Below are positions 57,757 through 64,000 of a stretch of 64,000 nt of DNA, in pieces (position 1 is the first letter of the stretch; every line of letters begins with the position of its first letter). The DNA comes from Chloroflexota bacterium (GTDB lineage Bacteria > Chloroflexota > Anaerolineae > Anaerolineales > Anaerolineaceae). A model generated the notes under the pieces. That model ran no database searches and was not told the origin of the DNA. It was given only the letters and a program-made list of their open reading frames with translations. The stretch is taken from NCBI GenBank assembly GCA_004347695.1, contig SLTK01000009.1, positions 194,328-258,327 of the forward strand, read 5' to 3'. The position numbers and the translations under genes are program-made.

Positions 57757-58374
57757 TTACCCCAGATAATATGTCATGTGCTGTAATTTGGTGATTGGAT
57801 CCAGATATTCGACATGAATATCACCGGGCAGAATCAATTGCATCGGCGCGTAATTTAGAATGGCGCGAATTCCACTTTTGATGAGTTTTTCAGCCACTTC
57901 CTGAGCAGCCGAGGCCGGGACTGACAGCATGGCAATTTTCGCGCCTGATTCGGCTATTTTCGTTTCCATCTGATCCATTCCCAAAATGGTCACATCCCCG
58001 ATTTTTTTGCCAGTTTTGGCAGGATCATTATCAAATGCCAGGACAATATGGAAGCCCCGGTTGACGAACCCCTGATAGGTAGCGAGGGCTGTACCCAGAT
58101 CACCCACGCCAACCAGCACCAGATCCCAGGATTGGTTGACATGCAGGATGGATTGTAGCTGATCCACAAGGTAGCGGACAGAATAACCAGTTCCCTGCTT
58201 ACCAAATTCACCAAATTGCGACAGGTCTTTCCGAATTTGAGCGGCAGAAATGCCAATCGATTCGCCTAATTCTTGCGAGGAGGTGGTTTTTATGCCATTC
58301 TTCAGCATATATTCCAGTGACCGCAGGTAACGGGGAAGCCTGCCAACAACGATGTCCGGGATCGATTTTTCCAT
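57757..58374 (-). CDS. rex: redox-sensing transcriptional repressor Rex
   Basis: IP...V.RLP.Y.R.L, SSQELG, QIRKDLS.FG.FG..G.GY, GVGDLG.AL, FDNDP.K.G; ATG 58374. Confidence 0.95.
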   Translation of the reverse strand: MEKSIPDIVVGRLPRYLRSLEYMLKNGIKTTSSQELGESIGISAAQIRKDLSQFGEFGKQGTGYSVRYLVDQLQSILHVNQSWDLVLVGVGDLGTALATYQGFVNRGFHIVLAFDNDPAKTGKKIGDVTILGMDQMETKIAESGAKIAMLSVPASAAQEVAEKLIKSGIRAILNYAPMQLILPGDIHVEYLDPITKLQHMTYYLG

Positions 58375-58464
58375 AATGCATGCCTCGCTTATATCGATGG
58401 TATACGAAAATGAATTGGGGTGAGAATCGATGATACGAGACAATTTTACATTAAATAATCTGTT

Positions 58465-58482
58465 TTGTGGTTAATTTCACGT
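58465..58482. promoter_or_regulatory. possible Rex operator upstream of rex
   Basis: TTGTGGT-TAAT-TTCACGT, 10/14 match to TTGTGAA-N4-TTCACAA. Confidence 0.35.
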
Positions 58483-58626
58483 AGGATTAATAATTCACCA
58501 ACGTTTTTGTGGATTCTGCGAGGAAGAACAAGAACTACATGAGTAATTTTTTTATTGGTATTTTCGGGTTTCCTGGCCGTTTGTTTTTGGAGGCACCGCA
58601 CCCGGGTGACAGCCGGCTAAATTAAC

Positions 58627-58657
58627 AAGCCTGGCGCTCTCCCCTGACGCCAGGCTT
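58627..58657 (-). terminator. terminator after the AOR gene
   Basis: AAGCCTGGCG / CGCCAGGCTT stem. Confidence 0.65.
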
Positions 58658-58678
58658 CAGCTTGCAACAAATCTTCAC

Positions 58679-60844
58679 TTAATCCTGATGTTTGCTTATC
58701 AGTTTCACCACGTCCGGGTAATCAATGCCCAGCCGCTTCACGGTTTCCAGGGTTGGCACGCCGTCGCACGTCCAGCCGCGGCGTTTGTAAACCGCATCAA
58801 CCAGTTTCTCGTAGCGCCCTTCCCGATAGGCTCGCACGGCTGCCATCTTTTCCTCGATGGTCATTGTGCCGGGATCCATCTCTATCTCGCCGCGCACCTG
58901 CTGATCATACAAATCAGCCCGGTCTTCGTATTCTTCTTTGAGCACCGGACCCATGGCGCGGAACGGCGGATAGTCGTGCTCGCGCGTGCCAAACCCCAGG
59001 CGCAGGTTGAAAATGCGCTGAAAGTTATAGACCTTCTCTGATTCTTCGATGATGTCTTGAATTGTGACCTTCTTGCCAAGGACGCCTTCATACAACCAGG
59101 TGTAATTTTCCACGTGTTCTGGAACTTTGGCGGGTTCTTTAGCGGTCTTATTGCTTTCCGGAATGATGTCATTCCAGGGCAGCTTGCACAACCCGTGCAG
59201 GCTGAACCAGGTGCGCCACATGGGGAAGTAATGCAACGCCTCGGCTTTGTGTTCAAAAGTTGGCAGTTGTTTGTGCACCATTTCCATAAAAATCAGCCAG
59301 GCCTCGTCATGCTGCGCACCCTTGGATGCCAGCGCATAGCCGCCCTGCTGAGCCAGCGACTCTTTCGAGAGGTACTCGGAAATTTCCATGCCTTTGACTT
59401 CCATGCCAATGTCGCGCAGCAATTTGACATCTGCACCGTATTGTTCGACGAATAGCTTGCGCATGGCGCGCACGCCTTGACCGACCACCATGCCAAAGCC
59501 ATCACCGTTGGCCATCTGATGAATCAATTTCATCACCACATCAAAGTTGCCCCAGGTGAGCTCCAGACCGTCAGTTTGCCTGGTCGTTATGACGCCAAAC
59601 TCATAACACTCCATTGCAAAGGCGATCGAATTGCCGAGCGAAATAGTGTCGATGCCGTAGGTATCCGCGTAGAAATTGATCTCCAGAATTTGAGCGGGGT
59701 CGAACAGACACAAATTCGAACCTAATGCACCCAATGTCTCATACTCCGGCCCGTCCACAAATACGGTCTGACCGGCGTACGGACCAGTTTCCAAATGGTA
59801 GTGCGGCACGGCATGAGCGCAGGCCAGTGTGCAGCCGTACCAGCAGCCATCCGGGCCGCGGGTATCGAACATGGGTTTCCAGACTTCGCCGGCGATGCGG
59901 TGAGCGTCGGTATGGTGCCCAAAGCGGAAGTTTTTCACCGGCAACAGGTCGAATTTGTTCATGATTTCGACCAGATACGGGGTTCCGGTGCCGCCCATGT
60001 CATTTTGCGAACCATCGAAAGCTGTGATTTCTTTCTTGATGCGCGTACCGGCTGCCCGTACCAGATCCATGTTGGCTACGCCGTTGCTGTCACCACCTAA
60101 ACTGGTGTAGCGTACCACGATGGCTTTGATTTTTTTGTTGCGCAGCACCGTCCCAGCGCCGCCGCGAGCCGCCTGTTTAATCCGCACCTCGTCGCGCTTC
60201 GGATCGTAATAACTGATATTCAAGCCGCACATCGGCACATGCTCGGCCGCCTGTCCGGCTGAAATCACAGATATTCCGCGCATATTCTTGGGCGTATCAG
60301 CGTACATCTCGGTCAACAGACGGTTGATCAGATGCGTGTTGACCGGATCCAGCGGTGCCTCCTCGATGGTTACTTTGCCTTCGTCACCGTCGATGATGAC
60401 GATGACATCTCGCTCGGCCTTGCCCTGGATTTCCAGGGCATCCCAGCCGGCAAACTTGAGATACGGACCGAAATAGCCGCCTCCGTTGCTGTCGATGATG
60501 GATTTAGTCAGCGGCGAGATGGTAACCGCCGTGCATTTGCCAGAACCAGGGTAAGCGGTGATGCCCCCGATTGGTCCGCCCGCAATCACCAGTTCGTTTT
60601 CCGGGCTGTCCCATTGAGAATCGTCTTTTACAGCGTTCCAAAGCAACCAGAGGCCGAAGCCTTTACCCCCGGTAAAGGTGTCTTTCATCTTCTGGTCGAC
60701 CGGTTTTGCCTGGATCGAATTATCGCCTACATTCACGTACAGAGTGCGGTTGGCATAGCCGCGAACGACCGGTTTAAGTTCATACCGGTATTCCGCTAAA
60801 ACCTGGTGCGCTGCCCGAATCATCTCCGGAGTGTACAAGGTCAT
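58679..60844 (-). CDS. aldehyde:ferredoxin oxidoreductase family (W/Mo-pterin) protein
   Basis: GGKGFG..LL, AGWDAL.I.G, AARGGAG.V...K.IKAI, C.YGC...C, GPEYET, D.YGIDTIS, GLC. Confidence 0.9.
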   Translation of the reverse strand: MTLYTPEMIRAAHQVLAEYRYELKPVVRGYANRTLYVNVGDNSIQAKPVDQKMKDTFTGGKGFGLWLLWNAVKDDSQWDSPENELVIAGGPIGGITAYPGSGKCTAVTISPLTKSIIDSNGGGYFGPYLKFAGWDALEIQGKAERDVIVIIDGDEGKVTIEEAPLDPVNTHLINRLLTEMYADTPKNMRGISVISAGQAAEHVPMCGLNISYYDPKRDEVRIKQAARGGAGTVLRNKKIKAIVVRYTSLGGDSNGVANMDLVRAAGTRIKKEITAFDGSQNDMGGTGTPYLVEIMNKFDLLPVKNFRFGHHTDAHRIAGEVWKPMFDTRGPDGCWYGCTLACAHAVPHYHLETGPYAGQTVFVDGPEYETLGALGSNLCLFDPAQILEINFYADTYGIDTISLGNSIAFAMECYEFGVITTRQTDGLELTWGNFDVVMKLIHQMANGDGFGMVVGQGVRAMRKLFVEQYGADVKLLRDIGMEVKGMEISEYLSKESLAQQGGYALASKGAQHDEAWLIFMEMVHKQLPTFEHKAEALHYFPMWRTWFSLHGLCKLPWNDIIPESNKTAKEPAKVPEHVENYTWLYEGVLGKKVTIQDIIEESEKVYNFQRIFNLRLGFGTREHDYPPFRAMGPVLKEEYEDRADLYDQQVRGEIEMDPGTMTIEEKMAAVRAYREGRYEKLVDAVYKRRGWTCDGVPTLETVKRLGIDYPDVVKLISKHQD

Positions 60845-61084
60845 ACGGTTGCTCTCCTGAAAACTGGTTTGTGAAATTTAAAACGATGATATGCCAGTTT
60901 ATTATATCCAACTCTTCAAGGGGTCGCATACAGCATCTGTCACAGCCAGAAGCGGATAAATGTCACCAGCTTGCATAGACAATTTCTGGGATAGCCGTGT
61001 CCGCCTGCTCTGGCCTGCAAGACCGATATTGGCCAGCGGGATTATAATGGGACATCCTCGTTCATCCATTCCTAAAGCCCCGAG

Positions 61085-62365
61085 GTGTTTTTGAGATTAC
61101 CCAAATTCGTGCCTGAGCCGGTTGACCTGACCGAGGCTCAAGGTAAAAATTTCCGCAACGTGCAAATTGATTCGGTAGGAGTCGGGTTGGCCAACGCAGC
61201 GGCCCCCTTCCTACCGGTTTTTCTGACCCGCCTGGGCGCCTCCAGCTTCGAGGTCGGTCTGTTGACAGCCATGCCGGCGTTGACGGGCTTGCTGCTTGCC
61301 ATTCCTATCGGGCAATTCCTGCAAAATCAACGGAAGATTGTGCCCTGGTTCAGTGCAGCCCGGCTGGGTGTCGTCGGCGCCTATGCCGCTACCGGCTTAC
61401 TGGCGTTTTTGATGCGCGACCGTCCCCTGGTACTTGGCGTTCTGGCTATCTGGGCATTGGCAACGATTCCGCAAACCATGCTCAGCATCTCCTTCTCGGT
61501 GGTGATGAACGCAGTCGCCGGTCCCAACCACCGCTTCGACTTGATGACCCGCCGCTGGTCGTTGATGGGATTTACCACTGCAATAACTGTGTTCATGATT
61601 GGTCAAATTCTGGACCGACTAAATTTTCCAATAAATTATCAGATTGTATTTATTAGCATGTCGGTTGGGGGCTTGATTAGTTTTTATTATTCGTCCCGCA
61701 TCCACCTCGATGATATTCAAACGCATCGTGAAGGAAAACGACTGGGGATAAAGGCTCAATTCAAAGAATATATGCAGTTAGTCAGTAAGGAGCAGCCGTT
61801 CCAGGCGTTTGTTATCAAACGCTTTGTGTTCCTTACCGGTCAAGCCATGCTTATCCCGATTCTGCCGTTATACCTGGTGCGGGTGGTCGAGGCTTCCGAC
61901 AGTTGGATTGCTGCTATCAGCATGTCCCAGACAGCCATTGTGATCATCGGCTATCTGATCTGGGTACGCAGCTCGCGCCGAAACGGAACGCGCCCGATTC
62001 TTATCTGGAATACGCTGGGGTCGGCGCTTTTCCCCATTGCAGTAGCGCTCACTCATGATGTTGTCTTGATCACTGTCCTTGCCGGAATCAACGGGATTTT
62101 CCAGGCCGGATTGAACCTGGTCTTCTTCGACGAGTTGATGAAAACTGTCCCCGCCGAGTATAGTTCCACCTTTGTAGCGCTTGCCCAAGGGCTGCAGTTC
62201 TTTTCATCCGTCCTGTCCCCGCTGGTTGCGACCGCCATCGGCGATGCATTTGGTTTTTGGGTAGCCCTGGTTATCTCAGGTGGGGTGCAGTTCGTCGGTT
62301 TTGCAATGTTTGCGCTCAATTGGCCGGCTATCAAGCTGCCGGCAAAAGCGTCGCCTTCAACTTAA
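61085..62365 (+). CDS. MFS transporter
   Basis: About 12 hydrophobic segments in 426 aa; GTG start after a GAGG RBS-like sequence; start uncertain. Confidence 0.85.
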   Translation: MFLRLPKFVPEPVDLTEAQGKNFRNVQIDSVGVGLANAAAPFLPVFLTRLGASSFEVGLLTAMPALTGLLLAIPIGQFLQNQRKIVPWFSAARLGVVGAYAATGLLAFLMRDRPLVLGVLAIWALATIPQTMLSISFSVVMNAVAGPNHRFDLMTRRWSLMGFTTAITVFMIGQILDRLNFPINYQIVFISMSVGGLISFYYSSRIHLDDIQTHREGKRLGIKAQFKEYMQLVSKEQPFQAFVIKRFVFLTGQAMLIPILPLYLVRVVEASDSWIAAISMSQTAIVIIGYLIWVRSSRRNGTRPILIWNTLGSALFPIAVALTHDVVLITVLAGINGIFQAGLNLVFFDELMKTVPAEYSSTFVALAQGLQFFSSVLSPLVATAIGDAFGFWVALVISGGVQFVGFAMFALNWPAIKLPAKASPST

Positions 62366-63076
62366 TAGATTTGGCGTCAGGTGCTCGGTACGATTGGAAT
62401 AAATCAGCGCGTTTTCTTCGCCATTAAAATCAATGCGGGATATGCCTGTGTTATTGAGATAAACCCAGATCGGCGGGCGCTGGTTCAGCTCGAATACCGC
62501 TGCCAAAAAATAATTAAAGAAAGCAGCGTGGCTGAAAAGCGCGATTCTGTCCCCTGTTCCGCCATGCTGTTCGAGCAAAGTTGTCAGCAGACGCCTGGCG
62601 CGCGCAACCCGCTCCTCGCGTACTTCGAATGGGCGATTCCACCAGCCGTTCGGGTTGAGTTCGGGCAGTATCAACCGGCCGGAAAGCGTCATTAATTCCT
62701 CCGGCGTTTTTCCCGGCTGTCCATTTAGCTCTCCGGTTTCTTCATTTTCCAGGTAAATCCCGCCACCTTCGTGTGCGTCTTCCAGACCAGCCAACGGCAA
62801 ATCGATTTTCTCAGCCACGATATTTGCGGTCAAAACCGCCCTGGCCATCAGGCTGGTGTAGATATGGGTCAAGCCAATCCCGCACGCGTTGATATCGTCG
62901 TAAGTACTTGCCGGAGTCACCAACTGGCAGTTGGCGATATATGCCGAAAGCGCCTCCGCCTGACGCTTGCCTAAATCGGTGAGGCCAGGGTCGGCGAAGC
63001 GGCCCAGGCTGCTGCCCGAATCGCTCCATTTTTGATTGTTTTCGGATTGTGCGTGGCGGATGAAGTAAAGCTGCAT
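62357..63076 (-). CDS. histidine phosphatase (PGM-like) family protein
   Basis: LYFIRHAQSENN, LT.LG..QA, YTS.M.RA..TA, FSHA; ATG 63076 with GAGG RBS. Confidence 0.9.
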   Translation of the reverse strand: MQLYFIRHAQSENNQKWSDSGSSLGRFADPGLTDLGKRQAEALSAYIANCQLVTPASTYDDINACGIGLTHIYTSLMARAVLTANIVAEKIDLPLAGLEDAHEGGGIYLENEETGELNGQPGKTPEELMTLSGRLILPELNPNGWWNRPFEVREERVARARRLLTTLLEQHGGTGDRIALFSHAAFFNYFLAAVFELNQRPPIWVYLNNTGISRIDFNGEENALIYSNRTEHLTPNLLS

Positions 63077-63193
63077 TAAGACCTCGGGCAATGGTTGGCA
63101 TAGTCCAATTATGCTGACGCTCAAAAGGTATAATAATCGCAAGCCTTATGCGCGCCCCGGCTATTATACCTGCTGAAGGCTGCCACATTCGAA

Positions 63194-63925
63194 ATGGGAC
63201 AGATAACCCTGACCATCCACGGGAAATTGAATGATTTTTTGCCGAACCGCAGCAATGAAAATTCGGTTCAGGTATCTTTTAACCAGAAGACGGCCCTCAA
63301 GCACATCGTCGAGGTTATCGGGATCCCGCACCCTGAAGTCGGAATTGTTCAAGTAGATGGGCATGAGGCTGACCTGAATTACCCGGCGCAGGATGGGGAT
63401 CAGGTCCATATTTTCCCAAGGGTGATGGCCGAGTTGCAATACAACGCGGAAGGACCGAAATTCGTGATCGACAATCACCTGGGCAAATTAACCGATTACT
63501 TACGGCTGCTCGGGTTCGACGCGGTTTATGCGCGGGACTGGCTCGACGAGGATATTGCTCGATACGCATCCGAACACGGCTGCATCCTGCTTACTCGCGA
63601 CCGGGGATTACTCAAACGAAAAATCGTCACGGATGGATATTGCGTTCGCGCGGATGATCCGGAACAGCAGTTGGCTGAGGTTGTTGCTCAGTACCGGCTA
63701 AACAATTATGTTACGCCCTTTCAGCGCTGCCCGCGCTGTAACGGAAAGTTGGCGCCGGTGAAGAAAGAAGACATCATCGAACAGTTGCAGCCGCTTACGC
63801 GTAAATACTACGACGAATTTACCCGGTGCGCCGGCTGCGGCCAAATCTACTGGAAAGGTTCGCATTTCCAACACATGCAAAGCATGCTTTCGCCCTACCT
63901 GCACCAGAACTCGGAGGAACAATGA
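63194..63925 (+). CDS. Mut7-C RNase domain protein with N-terminal ubiquitin-like domain
   Basis: K..VE..GIPH.EV...VDG; F..D..LGKL..YLRLLGFD; LLTRDRGL; RC..CNG; C..C.QIYW.GSH. Confidence 0.85.
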   Translation: MGQITLTIHGKLNDFLPNRSNENSVQVSFNQKTALKHIVEVIGIPHPEVGIVQVDGHEADLNYPAQDGDQVHIFPRVMAELQYNAEGPKFVIDNHLGKLTDYLRLLGFDAVYARDWLDEDIARYASEHGCILLTRDRGLLKRKIVTDGYCVRADDPEQQLAEVVAQYRLNNYVTPFQRCPRCNGKLAPVKKEDIIEQLQPLTRKYYDEFTRCAGCGQIYWKGSHFQHMQSMLSPYLHQNSEEQ

Positions 63926-64000
63926 ATCCGGTCTTGCCGGTCGGAAAACTGCCGCCTGAATTGCTCGCGAAAATCATCCGTTCGGCTCCCACAGCCGGCC
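63922..64000 (+). CDS. partial CDS, probably AIR-synthase/HypE-related family
   Basis: MNPVLPVGKLPPELLAKII; ATGA overlap with the upstream stop; truncated by the window end. Confidence 0.5.
   Translation, partial: MNPVLPVGKLPPELLAKIIRSAPTAG

Noticed and set aside
60869-60886. Rex box upstream of the AOR gene
   Set aside because: Only the left half-site (TTGTGAA) matches; the right half does not.

Overview
This 64 kb window looks like chromosome from a GC-rich anaerobe. Gene content and protein style suggest Chloroflexota/Anaerolineae, which is inference. There is no CRISPR array, integrase or transposase. Most of the window is housekeeping: rpmF, hflX, alaS, gcvH-PA-PB with a tandem glycine riboswitch, ligA, rlmI, tmRNA, corA, tRNA-Val, yebC-ruvC-trmH-ruvA, atpAGDC, rex and an AOR-type oxidoreductase. 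Two uncharacterised multi-gene systems stand out. (1) A sigma-54 module at 4.4-17.6 kb. It has rpoN, a soluble PAS/GAF kinase and an enhancer-binding protein with no DNA-binding domain. Two near-consensus -24/-12 promoters are present: one in front of rpoN, and one in front of an operon for a small 2-TM protein, a 1815-aa TPR protein and a TPR-fused clan CD (C25/gingipain-like) protease. (2) A radical-SAM operon at 30.0-35.4 kb. It has a membrane protein ending in a 7-Cys (Cys-Ala)n tail, an RRE-bearing radical SAM/SPASM enzyme, an RRE-bearing paralogue that has lost its Fe-S ligands, a methyltransferase and a membrane Zn-ribbon protein. The ORF track misses several features: a rhodanese selenoprotein (in-frame UGA plus SECIS-like hairpin), a c-di-GMP-II-type riboswitch ahead of an orphan response regulator, paired operators for a ChrB-like regulator, a doubly frameshifted pepA, an MreB paralogue with altered catalytic residues, two sortase-fold genes and several REP/REPIN-like palindromes. 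All assignments come from motif reading by eye; no database searches were run.
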